Shown here: piece after piece, positions 17,856 to 28,309 of the stretch
Layout: each line of letters starts with the position of its first letter
Numbering within the stretch: position 1 is the stretch's first letter
Source of the DNA: an uncultured Gemmatimonadales bacterium
GTDB lineage: Bacteria; Gemmatimonadota; Gemmatimonadetes; Gemmatimonadales; Gemmatimonadaceae
Assembly: GCA_963701965.1 (NCBI GenBank)
Contig: OY969695.1
Coordinates: 3,648,001-3,712,000, forward strand
DNA length: 64,000 bases
Direction: 5' to 3'
The notes under the pieces: generated by a model
What the model was told of the DNA's origin: nothing
The model's input: only the letters and a program-made list of their open reading frames with translations
The model's database searches: none
Position numbers and translations under genes: made by a program

Positions 17856-18500
17856 TTAGGGCGAGAGGCGTTCCCGGCGCCACGCCTCGCCGGCACGCGC
17901 ATAGCGAATGCGATCGTGCAGGCGGCTGGCGCGGCCCTGCCAGAATTCGATGGCGACCGGTGCCAGGCGATAGCCACCCCAGTGGGGCGGGAGGGGGACT
18001 AACCCATCACCATACTGCGCCGTCAGCTCTTGGTAGCGCCTTTCCAATATCTCGCGTCCAACGATGGGCTGCGACTGGTGCGACGTCCAGGCGCCGATGC
18101 GGCTCCCGACCGGGCGCGACTGGAAATAGGCATCGGACTCGGCGCGCGTGAGATGGGTGACGGTGCCCTCGACCCGCACCTGCCGCTCCAACTCGGCCCA
18201 ATACAGCACCAGTGCGGCGCGCGGGTTGGCCTCGAGCTCGCGGCCCTTGCGGCTCCGATAGTCCGTGAAGAACACGAACCCGCGCCCATCAACGCCCTTG
18301 AGCAAGACGATGCGCGCCGACGGCGTGCCGTCCGGTGTCGCCGTCGCCAACGTCATCGCATTCGGTTCCGCCGCCAATCGCGCGCCGCGCGCCTCGGCGA
18401 ACCAGCGCTCGAACTGCCGAATCGGATCGGGATCGACATCGTCCTCGTTCAACGCCGCTTGCCCGTACTCCCGGCGGGGATCGGCCGGATAGTCAGACAA
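17856..18500 (-). CDS. pdxH: Pyridoxine/pyridoxamine 5'-phosphate oxidase
   Basis: [35 protein letters not shown]. Confidence 0.96.
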   Translation of the reverse strand: MSDYPADPRREYGQAALNEDDVDPDPIRQFERWFAEARGARLAAEPNAMTLATATPDGTPSARIVLLKGVDGRGFVFFTDYRSRKGRELEANPRAALVLYWAELERQVRVEGTVTHLTRAESDAYFQSRPVGSRIGAWTSHQSQPIVGREILERRYQELTAQYGDGLVPLPPHWGGYRLAPVAIEFWQGRASRLHDRIRYARAGEAWRRERLSP

Positions 18501-19536
18501 CGGGCATCGGCAGCGGCGCCCGCGGATACGCCACGGCCTCCGGAATCCCGGACAGCGGCTCGCCGTCCGGCGTCTCCAATACGAACCCCGCGTCCTGGAT
18601 CATCGCGTAGTCGGCGCTCGCGGGCTGCCCGCGCGATGTGAGATAGTCCCCCACGAAGATCGAGTTCGCCGGATACAGGCCCAGCGGCTGCAGGGACCGG
18701 AGGTGCGCCTCGCGCCCGCCCGCGATCCGGATCTCCTGCGAGGGCAGCAGCAACCGGTACAACGACAGCACGCGGAGACACCGCCGGGGATCCAGGAGTC
18801 GCCGGTCATCGAACGGCGTACCGGGCAAGGGCAGCAGAAAGTTCACGGGCACGCTGCGGACATCCAACTGGCGCAGGCTGAGCGCGAGATCAATGACATC
18901 ATCGTCCGATTCGCCCATGCCAATGATGCCGCCGGAGCACGTCTTGATCCCGGCCGCTTTGACGTGCTCGACTGTCGCGACGCGGTCATCGAACGTGTGC
19001 GTCGTGCAGACTTCGCCGTGGTACGCGGCCGACGTGTTCAGGTTGTGATTGACCGTCTCGACCCCGGCCTCTTTGAGTCGCACGGCCTGGTCGGCGTTCA
19101 ACAGTCCGAGGCACGCGCACACCTTGAGGTCGTAGGCCGAGCGAATCTCGCGCACCGCATCCAGCACTTTGCCGAAGACCCGTTCCCCGGGCGAACGCCC
19201 CGAGATCACGAGACAGAACGTCCCCGCCTTGAGCGCCGCTGCCCGACCCGCCGCCGCCAGAATCTTGTCGCGGGCCAGCATCGGGTACTTCTCGATCTCC
19301 GCCGTCGACACGCTGGATTGCGTGCAGTAGTGGCAATCCTCCGGGCACAACCCGCTCTGGGCGTTGAGCAGGAAGTGCAGCCGCACGCGGTTGCCCCAGT
19401 ACTGGCGGCGCACGCGATAGGCCGCGGCGAGGACGTCGAGCAGATCCTCGTCGGGGGACGCGAGCACGGCGCGCGCGTCCGCGCGGCTGAGACACGACCC
19501 GGCGAGCGCCTGGTCGGCCAAATGCTGATAGCTCAT
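18493..19536 (-). CDS. bioB: Biotin synthase
   Basis: CPEDCHYC radical SAM motif, [28 protein letters not shown]. Confidence 0.96.
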   Translation of the reverse strand: MSYQHLADQALAGSCLSRADARAVLASPDEDLLDVLAAAYRVRRQYWGNRVRLHFLLNAQSGLCPEDCHYCTQSSVSTAEIEKYPMLARDKILAAAGRAAALKAGTFCLVISGRSPGERVFGKVLDAVREIRSAYDLKVCACLGLLNADQAVRLKEAGVETVNHNLNTSAAYHGEVCTTHTFDDRVATVEHVKAAGIKTCSGGIIGMGESDDDVIDLALSLRQLDVRSVPVNFLLPLPGTPFDDRRLLDPRRCLRVLSLYRLLLPSQEIRIAGGREAHLRSLQPLGLYPANSIFVGDYLTSRGQPASADYAMIQDAGFVLETPDGEPLSGIPEAVAYPRAPLPMPVV

Positions 19537-20225
19537 CGTTGCACGAGAGAAGGGACTATGGCGTCGATCAGTGCGCCGAGCGCCCAGGCGCCGGCCCGGT
19601 GATCGCTGCCTGGCGTCACGTAGGGAAAGGGCAACACCATCGCGCTCGGTACCAAGCGACGGATCGTATCGAGGTTCGTATGCTCGGCCGTGGTCGGGGT
19701 GTCCGGCGAGAGCGTATTGACAATGATCGCCCGGAGCGTGAGCCCCGCGTGCTGCGCCGCGCGCACTGTCAGCAGCGTGTGGTTCACCGCACCCAACCGG
19801 TTGCCGGCGACGACGATCAACTCCATGCGCCAGCGCCGGAACAGAGTGTCATAGGCGACGCCATCGGCGATCGGCACCAGCAGCCCGCCCGCGCCTTCCA
19901 CGACCAGCGCGTCGCGTCCCGCCTCCAGTCGCGCCCGCGCCGCCTCCATCGCCGGTAGATCGATGGCCCGGCCGGCCAGCCGCGCCGCGACCCACGGCGC
20001 CAACGGCGCGGCGAACTGTTCCGGGCAGACATCCGACATCGCATCGGTTCCCCCGGCCGCCTCCCACAACTGCCGGCCGTCCAGCGGGTCGCCTTCGACG
20101 CCCGTCTCCACGGGCTTCATGGCGGCGACCGAGAGTCCCCGATCACGGAGCGCCGTCACCAGGGCGCGCGCGACGACCGTCTTGCCGACGTTGGTGTCCG
20201 TGCCGGTGACGCCGAGGCGTATCAC
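19533..20225 (-). CDS. bioD: Dethiobiotin synthase
   Basis: [37 protein letters not shown] start overlaps the bioA stop. Confidence 0.95.
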   Translation of the reverse strand: MIRLGVTGTDTNVGKTVVARALVTALRDRGLSVAAMKPVETGVEGDPLDGRQLWEAAGGTDAMSDVCPEQFAAPLAPWVAARLAGRAIDLPAMEAARARLEAGRDALVVEGAGGLLVPIADGVAYDTLFRRWRMELIVVAGNRLGAVNHTLLTVRAAQHAGLTLRAIIVNTLSPDTPTTAEHTNLDTIRRLVPSAMVLPFPYVTPGSDHRAGAWALGALIDAIVPSLVQR

Positions 20226-21481
20226 GAGATGCAGTCCAAGAAGGCGGTGATCACGGCGTAAATCTGTTCGAGCTGCCCCTCGGTCGTGCAGTAGGGGGGG
20301 AGCACATAAACCACGTTGCCGAGTGGGCGCAGCAGCACGCCGCGCTCGAGCGCAAAGGCGGCCAGGTCCCCGCCCACCGGTGCCAGATACCCGGTACGCG
20401 CACCCGGCGCGGCGAGATCGAATGCCGCAACCGTGCCAGTAATCCGGGGCGCGACCACGCGCGGGTGCGACGCGATCCGCGCCAGAAAGGCGCCATGCGC
20501 GCGCTCGATCGCGGTACGACGCGCGGCCAATGCCTCGTCCAGCAACGCCAAGCTGGCCTGCCCGGCGGCACAGGCCAGGGGATTGGCGGTGAAGCTGTGC
20601 CCGTGGAACAGCGTGAAGCGGCGATCGGTACTCAGGAAAGCCTCGAATATCGCCTCGCGCGCCACCGTCGCCCCGAGGGGCATGAACCCGCCGCTCAGGC
20701 CTTTGGAGAGACAGACGATATCCGGTACGATCCCCGCCCGCTCGCAGGCGAACAACGGGCCGGTCCGCCCGAACCCCGTCAGCACCTCGTCGGCGATCAG
20801 GAGGACCCCGTGGGCGGCGGTCATCTCGCGCATGGTGCGCAGTGTCGCTTCGCTCCACATCCGCATGCCGGTAGCGCCCTGCAACAGCGGCTCGACGATG
20901 AGGGCGGCGAGGGGCGTGCGCAGCGCCAGCTCCAGCGCCTCGATCACCTGCTCATCCGGATAGGGCAGCCGGACCACGTCGAACAGTTGGGAATCGTACG
21001 GTTCCGTAAACAGGCCGCGGGCGCTGGCGCTCATCGCCCCGAAGGTGTCGCCGTGATAGGCGCCCTCCAACGCGGCGATGCGCGTGCGCGGCTCGCCGCG
21101 ATTGCGCCAGTACTGCAACGCCATTTTGATGGCGACTTCGACCGCGGTCGAGCCGTTGTCGGAGTAGAACACCCGCGACAGGCCCGGAGGCAGGCGGGCG
21201 ACCAGCGCCGCGGCGAGATCCGCCGCCGGCGCATGGGTGAAACCCGCGAAGATCACCTGTTCCAGCGTGCGCGCCTGCTCGGCGATCGCCGCCGCGATCG
21301 CGGGCTGCGCGTGCCCGTGCAGCGTGACCCACCAGGACGAGATGCCGTCGATGATCTCGCGGCCGTGGGCGTCGAAGAGGAGCGCGCCTTCGGCGCGCTG
21401 GATCTCGATCGGGGCCGCCGCCGTGGCATGTTGCGTATACGGATGCCAGACGTGCCGGAGGTCGCGCTCGCGGACGGTCAT
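20222..21481 (-). CDS. bioA: Adenosylmethionine-8-amino-7-oxononanoate aminotransferase
   Basis: VWHPYTQ, DGISSWW, GSTAVEVAIK, YHGDT, DEVLTGFGRTG, LRPLGN. Confidence 0.96.
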   Translation of the reverse strand: MTVRERDLRHVWHPYTQHATAAAPIEIQRAEGALLFDAHGREIIDGISSWWVTLHGHAQPAIAAAIAEQARTLEQVIFAGFTHAPAADLAAALVARLPPGLSRVFYSDNGSTAVEVAIKMALQYWRNRGEPRTRIAALEGAYHGDTFGAMSASARGLFTEPYDSQLFDVVRLPYPDEQVIEALELALRTPLAALIVEPLLQGATGMRMWSEATLRTMREMTAAHGVLLIADEVLTGFGRTGPLFACERAGIVPDIVCLSKGLSGGFMPLGATVAREAIFEAFLSTDRRFTLFHGHSFTANPLACAAGQASLALLDEALAARRTAIERAHGAFLARIASHPRVVAPRITGTVAAFDLAAPGARTGYLAPVGGDLAAFALERGVLLRPLGNVVYVLPPYCTTEGQLEQIYAVITAFLDCIS

Positions 21482-22701
21482 GTCGGGGACGGCAACACGC
21501 CGTCCAGCGCATCGAGCAAGCGGTCAATGTCCCCGTCGGTATGCGCCGCGCTCACGGTAATGCGCAGGCGCGCCGAGCCCATCGGCACCGTCGGCGGCCT
21601 GACGGCGCCGACCAGGATCCCGCGCTGGCGCAGCGCGACGCCGATCCGCGCCGTCGCGTCGCTTTCCCCGATGATGAGCGGGACGATGTGGCCATCGTCG
21701 GGACCCGTCGCGGGGCGACCGCGCGCGCGTAACGCTTCGCGTACGCGCCTCGCGTTGCGCCGAAGGCGTACGCGGCGATCGTCCCCGGTAGCGACCAAGC
21801 GCAGGGCGGTCGACGCGGCGACGGCCAGCACGGACGGCTGGGCCGTCGTGAAGACAAACGAGCGGGCCCGGTGCATCAAGTAGTCGATGAGCACGCGGGA
21901 GCCGGTGACGAACGCCCCGGCCACGCCGAACGCCTTGCCCAGCGTGCCCATGACGACGTCGATCTGGCCTTCCATCTTCCAGTGTTCGACCGAGCCCCGC
22001 CCGGTCGGGCCGATGACGCCCGATCCGTGGGCGTCGTCCACCAGGGTCCAGGCGTCATAGGCCCGCGCGATCGTCACCAGATCGCACAGCGGAAAGAGAT
22101 CGCCGTCCATCGAGAACACCCCGTCGACGACGACGAGCCGGCGCCGAAACGTGCCGCGGTCGGCCTCGAGCAGATCCGCCAGTTGCGCGAGATCGCTGTG
22201 GCCGAAGGTGCGCACGGTGGCGCGGGAGAGGGCGCAGCCATCGATGAGCGACGCGTGGTTCAGGGCATCGGCATAGATGACGTCCCGCCGTCCCACCAGG
22301 GCCGGAATGGTGCCGGCGTTGGCGAGATACCCGCTGCCGAAGAGCAGCGCGGCCTCGGCGCGCTTGAACTCCGCCAGCTCGCGCTCCAGCGCCTCGTGCC
22401 GCGGATGATTGCCGGAGATGAGGCGCGCCGCGCCGGCGCCGATGGCGTCGTCGCGCAGCGCCTGGGCCACCGCCTCGGCGATCCGGGGATCGGACGCCAA
22501 ACCCAGGTAGTCGTTCGACGAGAAATCGATCGCCTCCCGCCCGTCGAGCACGACATGCGCCCCGCGGCGCCCCTGTACCGACCGGAGCACGCGCCTCAAG
22601 CCGGCGCGATCGAGCGTGTCCAGTTCTGCCGCCAAGGCGGCATCGATGCCCGGCGCCATGGTCGCCTCATTGGCGGTCGCCTCACTGGACACGATGGCCA
22701 T
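21478..22701 (-). CDS. bioF: 8-amino-7-oxononanoate synthase
   Basis: FSSNDYLGL, SGYLAN, NHASLIDG, VFSMDGD, DDAHG, GTLGKA; start at 22701 or 22659. Confidence 0.95.
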   Translation of the reverse strand: MAIVSSEATANEATMAPGIDAALAAELDTLDRAGLRRVLRSVQGRRGAHVVLDGREAIDFSSNDYLGLASDPRIAEAVAQALRDDAIGAGAARLISGNHPRHEALERELAEFKRAEAALLFGSGYLANAGTIPALVGRRDVIYADALNHASLIDGCALSRATVRTFGHSDLAQLADLLEADRGTFRRRLVVVDGVFSMDGDLFPLCDLVTIARAYDAWTLVDDAHGSGVIGPTGRGSVEHWKMEGQIDVVMGTLGKAFGVAGAFVTGSRVLIDYLMHRARSFVFTTAQPSVLAVAASTALRLVATGDDRRVRLRRNARRVREALRARGRPATGPDDGHIVPLIIGESDATARIGVALRQRGILVGAVRPPTVPMGSARLRITVSAAHTDGDIDRLLDALDGVLPSPT

Positions 22702-24088
22702 CCTCCACGGCGCGCCGCAGCGCGTCCAACTCGTACGGCCGGTCGAGCGCGATGTCCGCCGCCGTCGCCTGGCCGTTGGGCAACACGAACCGCGCGCCCT
22801 GGCACGTCGGCAGAGTGCGGAGCCCGCGGACCTGGTCGGCCGCATCGCTCACCACCACATCGATCCGCGTCGTGACCGCGTCGGGCAGCGCGATGATCCG
22901 ATGCCCGCGTCCCGCGAGGAACCTCCGGACCATCTGGGCGACCGACGGCTCGCCGTCGATGACGAGCACGTGCAGCGCCCCGGCGCCCGGCGCTGTCTCG
23001 CCGCTCGCGGGCAGGAGCTCCCCGGCCAACAGCTTGAGGATGAACCGTGTCCCGACGCCCACCTGTGTCTCGACGTCAATGGTGCCGCCATACGTCGTGA
23101 CAATGCCGTGCACGACGGAGAGCCCGAGTCCGGAGCCGTGGCTGTCCGCGCGCGTGGTCCAGAAAGGATCCCAGATGCGCGGGCGATGGTCGGCACGGAT
23201 GCCGGGGCCATTGTCCCAGACTTCGACGACGACGATGCCGGGCTCGCTTCTCGTGCGAATCCCCATGGCGTGGGTCTTCCCGTCGTCCCGCCGCCAGGTC
23301 TCCAGCGCTTGGCGCGCGTTCACCACCAGGTTGAGCACCACCAGCTCCAGCTGCGATGACTGGCCCAAGACCGGCGGTAGCCCGGGCGCCAGATCCAACT
23401 CGCACGCGATGCCCAGCACCGCCAGCTGGCGGCCGAGGGGATCGAGCACGCTGCGGACCACGGTGTTGACGTCGATCGGCACGGCGCGCTCGGTGTCCGG
23501 CTTCCGGGCGAACGCCAGCAGATCCTTGACGATGCGTGCCGCGCGCACGGACTCGTTATGGATCGTCGTCAGCGCTTGGCGGTCATCGCTGGCCAACCCC
23601 TTGGCCTTGAGTACCAGTTGCGAGAATCCGCCGATGGCCGCCAGCGGGTTGTTGAGCTCGTGGGCCACGCCCGCCAGCATCTTGCTCAAGCTGGCCATCC
23701 GCTCATTGCGCCGTTTGACCTCATCCTGCCGCAGACGCTCGGTCAGGTCCTCGACCATCCCGTCGAGCCACTGGATCGCGCCGTTGGCATCGCGGACCGC
23801 ATCGATCGTGAGTCGGACGGTGATGGGCGCGCCGCTCTTCCGGCGCCAGATCAACTCGACCCATCCGTCGAACCGGTTCTTGATGATGTCGTCCATGAGC
23901 GCGACGCGGTGCTCGGCTTCGCGATAGATGTCCTGCGCCAGGTCGGCCGCCAGGAGCGCGTCGGCCGAGTCGTAGCCCAGCATGTCGACCAGGACTCCGT
24001 TGACCTCGAGGAAGCGGCCATCGAGGGTCGAGCGGAACACTCCAAATCCGGTCCGGTCGATGAGTCTCCGGTGCCGGTCGTCAGGCAC
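22682..24088 (-). CDS. PAS-domain sensor histidine kinase with a degenerate C-terminal receiver domain
   Basis: PAS region; H-box AGVAHELNNPL; N-box NLVVNA; DNGPGI; GSGLGLS; no transmembrane segment. Confidence 0.9.
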   Translation of the reverse strand: MPDDRHRRLIDRTGFGVFRSTLDGRFLEVNGVLVDMLGYDSADALLAADLAQDIYREAEHRVALMDDIIKNRFDGWVELIWRRKSGAPITVRLTIDAVRDANGAIQWLDGMVEDLTERLRQDEVKRRNERMASLSKMLAGVAHELNNPLAAIGGFSQLVLKAKGLASDDRQALTTIHNESVRAARIVKDLLAFARKPDTERAVPIDVNTVVRSVLDPLGRQLAVLGIACELDLAPGLPPVLGQSSQLELVVLNLVVNARQALETWRRDDGKTHAMGIRTRSEPGIVVVEVWDNGPGIRADHRPRIWDPFWTTRADSHGSGLGLSVVHGIVTTYGGTIDVETQVGVGTRFILKLLAGELLPASGETAPGAGALHVLVIDGEPSVAQMVRRFLAGRGHRIIALPDAVTTRIDVVVSDAADQVRGLRTLPTCQGARFVLPNGQATAADIALDRPYELDALRRAVEDGHRVQ

Positions 24089-25175
24089 CGGCGGCCGCGG
24101 GCTCGAATGCGCGGTAGCGAAACGTCGGCACGGGTGCGCCCGCGAGCGCGTCGTCGATGACCTGATGATGCGGACTCAGCGTGCAGACCGGATCGGCATT
24201 GCGGGCGTCGCCCGTCAGCTGGAAGGCCTGGCAGCGGCATCCGCCGTAGTCGATGGTCTTGCGCGCGCAGCTCTTGCACGGCTCGCGCATCCACGCGTCG
24301 CCCCGGAACGCGCGAAACGCGTCCGACTCGTTCCAGATCCAATTCAGCCCATGATCGCGGACGTTCGCGAACGTCAGGGACTCGATCTGCCACGCGGCCT
24401 GGCACGGCAGCACGCGTCCGTCCGGCGCTACCACGATGTACACGCTGCCCCAACCTCCCATGCACGGCTTGGGATATTGCTGGTAATAGTCGGGCAGCAC
24501 GTAGATGATCTGCATCCGCCCGCGATAGCGCGCCACGGCCGCCGCGACGACCGGCTCGGCCGCCGCCAGTTGTTCGCGCGTGGGCATGAGCGCGGCCCGG
24601 TTCTCGAACGCCCACCCGTAGTACTGCGTGTTGGCCAGCTCCAGCCGGTCGGCGCCGAGTGAGGCCGCCAACGCGATGATCTCGCCAATGTGATCGAGGT
24701 TGGCGCGGTGCAGCACGACGTTGACCGTGAACGCGAACCCCAACTCGCGGACCACCGCCGCCGCCGCCCGCTTCTTGTCCACCGACTTGATACCGGCGAT
24801 CCGCTCGGCGACGCCCGGATCCGAGTCTTGAAATGAGATCTGCACGTGCTCGAGGCCCGCGTCCTTGAGGCGTTGCGCCCGCGCCGGCGTCAGGCCGAGG
24901 CCGGACGTCACCAGCGTCTGATACAGGCCCGCATCGTGCGCATGGCCGACGATCTCTTCCAGATCCTTGCGCAACATCGGCTCGCCGCCGGAGAGGCCCA
25001 GCTGCAGGACGCCCAGCGCGCGCGCCTCACTGAACACGCGCTTCCAATCGGCGGTCGTCAGTTCGGCCGCGGCCCGCGCCAGATCGACGGGATTGGAGCA
25101 ATAGGGGCAGTGCAGCGGACAGCGATAGGTGAGCTCCGCCAGCAGTGTCGTAGGGGCTTTCGCTTCATGTGGCAT
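24081..25175 (-). CDS. pqqE: PqqA peptide cyclase (radical SAM/SPASM)
   Basis: AELTYRCPLHCPYCSNP, ELANTQYYGWA, PKPCMGGWG, DYGGCRCQA. Confidence 0.97.
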   Translation of the reverse strand: MPHEAKAPTTLLAELTYRCPLHCPYCSNPVDLARAAAELTTADWKRVFSEARALGVLQLGLSGGEPMLRKDLEEIVGHAHDAGLYQTLVTSGLGLTPARAQRLKDAGLEHVQISFQDSDPGVAERIAGIKSVDKKRAAAAVVRELGFAFTVNVVLHRANLDHIGEIIALAASLGADRLELANTQYYGWAFENRAALMPTREQLAAAEPVVAAAVARYRGRMQIIYVLPDYYQQYPKPCMGGWGSVYIVVAPDGRVLPCQAAWQIESLTFANVRDHGLNWIWNESDAFRAFRGDAWMREPCKSCARKTIDYGGCRCQAFQLTGDARNADPVCTLSPHHQVIDDALAGAPVPTFRYRAFEPAAAGA

Positions 25176-25443
25176 CGGACACCAACTCCCGCTCGACCAA
25201 CGCCGAGAGATACTCGGTGACATCCGCGGTCACGTCGGCGCCGTACTTGGCGGCCAACTGCGCGGCGATCTCGCCGAGCGTCCGCTGGCCGTCGCACAGC
25301 GACAGGATCTCCGCGCCCGTCGGATTGAGCAACATCGCGCCTTCGGGATACAGCAAGACCGGCTTGTTGCGGACCGGATCGAACCCGACCCGCGCCAACC
25401 GCCACAAGGCGGGTTTCGACGACGGACCGAGTGTGGCGTTCAC
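25165..25443 (-). CDS. pqqD: PQQ biosynthesis peptide chaperone
   Basis: VLLYPEGAMLLNPTGAEILSLCDG; GTG start overlaps the pqqC stop. Confidence 0.93.
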   Translation of the reverse strand: MNATLGPSSKPALWRLARVGFDPVRNKPVLLYPEGAMLLNPTGAEILSLCDGQRTLGEIAAQLAAKYGADVTADVTEYLSALVERELVSDAT

Positions 25444-26198
25444 GCGTACGCGTGGTGAATGGTATCGATCATGACCCACAGCATCTCGATCTTGAACGCG
25501 AGCGCCGCGAAGGCGCGGTACTGCGACTCGACCGTCGTGCAGCGCGTCGTCACGATCGCCAACCCCTGTGCGCTGTCGCGCGGGGCCTGGATGAGGCGGC
25601 CGCGGAAGTACGCGAGTCCCGCGCTGTCGACCCAAGGGTAGTGCTTGGGAAAAGCGGCCAGTCGTTCGTGCATGAGGCTGGGTGCGAACAGCTCGGTCAG
25701 GGAGCTGGCGACCGCTTCCACCCAATGGTGGGTCTTGCAGAACGTGACGTACGACTCGGCGGCCATCCGGACGCCGGGCAGCACGTGGCGCTCGTCTTCC
25801 ATCTCCATGCGGGGAACGCCGAGGGCGACGCCGAGCGTGATCCAAAGCTCAATGCCCCCGGTGCCGGCCTCCGTCCCGTCGTGATCGATGATCCGCTGCA
25901 ACCACTCGCGGCGGACCGCCGGATCCGGGCAATTCGAGAGGATCGCTCCGTCTTTGCGCGGTACGGCTCGTTGGTAGGCCAGGCGATTCGCTACCCAACC
26001 CTGGAGCTGCCTTTTCGACAGCGTCCCGTCGTTCATCATGCGGTGGAACGGGTGGATCGCGTAGTACGAGCTGTGGAATGCCCGCAGGGCATCGGCCAGC
26101 TCGGCCGGTGACAGCGGGCGATCCAGCAGCGGGATCGGCGGTCGTGGCGGGGCCGCGAGTATGGACTGCGCCAGCGAGGGCGGGGCCAGTGTCGCCAT
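25440..26198 (-). CDS. pqqC: Pyrroloquinoline-quinone synthase
   Basis: HPFH, WVANRLAYQ, RIIDHDG, GGIELW, SSLTELFAP. Confidence 0.96.
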   Translation of the reverse strand: MATLAPPSLAQSILAAPPRPPIPLLDRPLSPAELADALRAFHSSYYAIHPFHRMMNDGTLSKRQLQGWVANRLAYQRAVPRKDGAILSNCPDPAVRREWLQRIIDHDGTEAGTGGIELWITLGVALGVPRMEMEDERHVLPGVRMAAESYVTFCKTHHWVEAVASSLTELFAPSLMHERLAAFPKHYPWVDSAGLAYFRGRLIQAPRDSAQGLAIVTTRCTTVESQYRAFAALAFKIEMLWVMIDTIHHAYA

Positions 26199-26229
26199 GC
26201 GATGAAATATACCCCTTTCGCCGCGCTCG

Positions 26230-27150
26230 TCAGACCAAGAACTCGGCGCCGTCGACGCCGACAATGACGCCGGCGTCGGTCACGGCGCGCCGCTCCAGCG
26301 CATCTTCGATCAACATCGGGTTCGAGTTGTTGATATGGGTGTACACGCGCCGGGCGGGGCGAAAGGCGGCGAGGGCCGCCAGGCTGCCATCGGGGCCCGA
26401 GATCGGCACGTGGCCCATGGCCCGCGCCGTGGATGGCGACAGGCCAAGGCGGATCATCTCGTCGTCCGTCCAGAACGTGCCGTCGAACAGAATCAACCCG
26501 GCGTCGCCGAGGCGCTCGACGAGCGCCGCGTCTATCGCGCCACAGCCTGGCACGAACGCCATCGTGCCGCCGGTGGACGCATCGGCCACCATGAGGCCGA
26601 TCGTGTGGCCGACATCGGATGTGGTCGCGAAGCGGGGCGGGTCGCCCGCCACCGGGAATGCCTCAGCAGTGAGGCCTGTGGGCCTCCCGTCGCGGTCCAG
26701 CAGCGGGATCGCCCGGTTGAGTGGGAGGCGGGCGACGCGGACGTCGGCAAAGGCCCGGGTGGTGGGCAGGAGCCGGGAATCGTGCTCGAGGATCCGTTCC
26801 ACGGCTTCTGTCGCGTACAGCGTGAGCGCACGGGCCTCGCGCAGCAGTGGGACACCGAGAGTATGGTCCAGTTCGGCGTCCGTGAGGAGCACCGCTTCGA
26901 TCGGCACGCGACGCATCGCGTTCGACCCCGACGCGATCCCGCGGTCTGTCAGCCAATGCAGTTGCTCGCGGATATCGGGGGATGCGTTGCAGAGGAACCA
27001 GCGCTCCCCGTCGGCGCTCACCGCGAGCGACGACTGCGTGCGGGAGAACGCGCGATTGGGCGTTTCGCGCGCTACGCGGCAGGTGGGACACCAGCAGTTC
27101 CACTGGGGGAACCCGCCGCCCGCGGCCGTCCCGAGGAGAAGAACCCGCAT
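26230..27150 (-). CDS. pqqB: PQQ biosynthesis protein B
   Basis: LGTAAGGGFPQWNCWCPTC, RTQSS, NASPD, DGTFW, THINNSNP. Confidence 0.97.
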   Translation of the reverse strand: MRVLLLGTAAGGGFPQWNCWCPTCRVARETPNRAFSRTQSSLAVSADGERWFLCNASPDIREQLHWLTDRGIASGSNAMRRVPIEAVLLTDAELDHTLGVPLLREARALTLYATEAVERILEHDSRLLPTTRAFADVRVARLPLNRAIPLLDRDGRPTGLTAEAFPVAGDPPRFATTSDVGHTIGLMVADASTGGTMAFVPGCGAIDAALVERLGDAGLILFDGTFWTDDEMIRLGLSPSTARAMGHVPISGPDGSLAALAAFRPARRVYTHINNSNPMLIEDALERRAVTDAGVIVGVDGAEFLV

Positions 27151-27170
27151 CCGTGGTCAGGAAAGCACGA

Positions 27171-27192
27171 GGGGCCCGCTCGCGCGGGCCCC
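27171..27192 (-). terminator. Stem-loop between pqqA and pqqB (partial terminator or mRNA stabiliser)
   Basis: Minus strand GGGGCCCGC-GCGA-GCGGGCCCC: 9-bp stem, GNRA loop, weak U tail. Confidence 0.6.
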
Positions 27193-27211
27193 CCGATATC
27201 GCGCCCGGCGC

Positions 27212-27286
27212 TTAGCGGCGAGCGACGTAGGCGGTCACTTCCATCGTCACTTCGACGACTTCAAACTCGGGCTTGGTCCACGTCAT
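27212..27286 (-). CDS. pqqA: PQQ precursor peptide (24 aa)
   Basis: Manual translation MTWTKPEFEVVEVTMEVTAYVARR; WxKP and EVTAY (ExxxY) core; GGGGGAG Shine-Dalgarno; below the ORF-track size cutoff. Confidence 0.95.
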   Translation of the reverse strand: MTWTKPEFEVVEVTMEVTAYVARR

Positions 27287-27395
27287 TCTGTTACTCCCCC
27301 AAAATGAGGACGTGCAACTATTATCGACAATGTTCGCTATGGGCGCAAGATGGTGCACGGGAACCTTTTTTTGACAAACGCGCTAAGTTGCGGGC

Positions 27396-28010
27396 ATGGC
27401 ATTGACGCCCGAGGAACAACGCGAGTACGACCGGAGCTTCAATGAGGAGGCCCTGCCGTGGCTGGACGACGTGTACCGCTTCGCCCTGTCGTTGACCCGA
27501 AACGAAGCCGATGCCGATGATGTCGTCCAGGAGACCTATTTGCGGGCCTATCGTTCGTGGCACACGTTCGAACGGGGCAGCGATGCCCGCCGTTGGCTCT
27601 TCACCATCTGTCGCAACGCCTTTCTGCGCACGCGCGAACGGGCGCGCCACCAGGTGGAGCTGGAGGACGGCGACGTCGAGGCTGTGGCGCACAACGTCAG
27701 CCAGGCCGACGGCGTGGTCAGCGGCGACGAGCGGTTGCTGACCCGTCTGGATTTGGCGCCCGCGCTGTCCGATGCCCTCGACCGGCTCCAAGAGCCGTTT
27801 CGCTCCGCCGTCATGCTGGTGGACGTCGAAGACCAATCCTACGAAGCCGCGTCGAGCATTCTTCACGTGCCGATCGGCACCGTCCGGTCCCGCCTCTTTC
27901 GCGGGCGGCGACTGTTGCAGAACATGCTCGCGACCTACGCCCGCGATGCCGGGTTCGCGACCGCGAAAACGCGTTCCGAAGAGGACGCAACTCCCGCCAC
28001 TCATGAGTGA
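27396..28010 (+). CDS. ECF sigma factor (SigH/SigR-like)
   Basis: DADDVVQETYLRAY, WLFTICRN, PIGTVRSRLFRGR. Confidence 0.93.
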   Translation: MALTPEEQREYDRSFNEEALPWLDDVYRFALSLTRNEADADDVVQETYLRAYRSWHTFERGSDARRWLFTICRNAFLRTRERARHQVELEDGDVEAVAHNVSQADGVVSGDERLLTRLDLAPALSDALDRLQEPFRSAVMLVDVEDQSYEAASSILHVPIGTVRSRLFRGRRLLQNMLATYARDAGFATAKTRSEEDATPATHE

Positions 28011-28302
28011 GCCCATTCCTCCCACCCACAACCACGCCCCCAGCGACGAGTGTGGTCCCCTCGATTGCAAGGCCGTCATCGAGCAGCTCTGGGAATATCT
28101 CGACGGCGAGCTGGGCGACGAGCAGTCGGATCTCATCCGCCAGCACCTCAAGATCTGCGCGCACTGCTATCCGCATTACGATTTCGAGAAGGCGTTTCTC
28201 GAAGCGTTGAGCGATTGCCGCTGCACGCAGTGCGCGCCGAACGAGTTGCGCGGACGGGTGTTGGAAATGCTGCGGTCCGCGGGCTTCTCGGCGACGGCGT
28301 AA
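28003..28302 (+). CDS. Zinc-binding anti-sigma factor (ZAS/zf-HC2)
   Basis: C...LWEYLDGEL...HLKICAHC (HxxxCxxC); overlaps the end of the sigma gene. Confidence 0.9.
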   Translation: MSEPIPPTHNHAPSDECGPLDCKAVIEQLWEYLDGELGDEQSDLIRQHLKICAHCYPHYDFEKAFLEALSDCRCTQCAPNELRGRVLEMLRSAGFSATA

Positions 28303-28309
28303 CCGGCGC

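Noticed and set aside
27371..27376. Perfect TTGACA as the -35 of the ECF gene
   Set aside because: Only 7 nt from the TAAGTT hexamer, which is incompatible with sigma70 spacing
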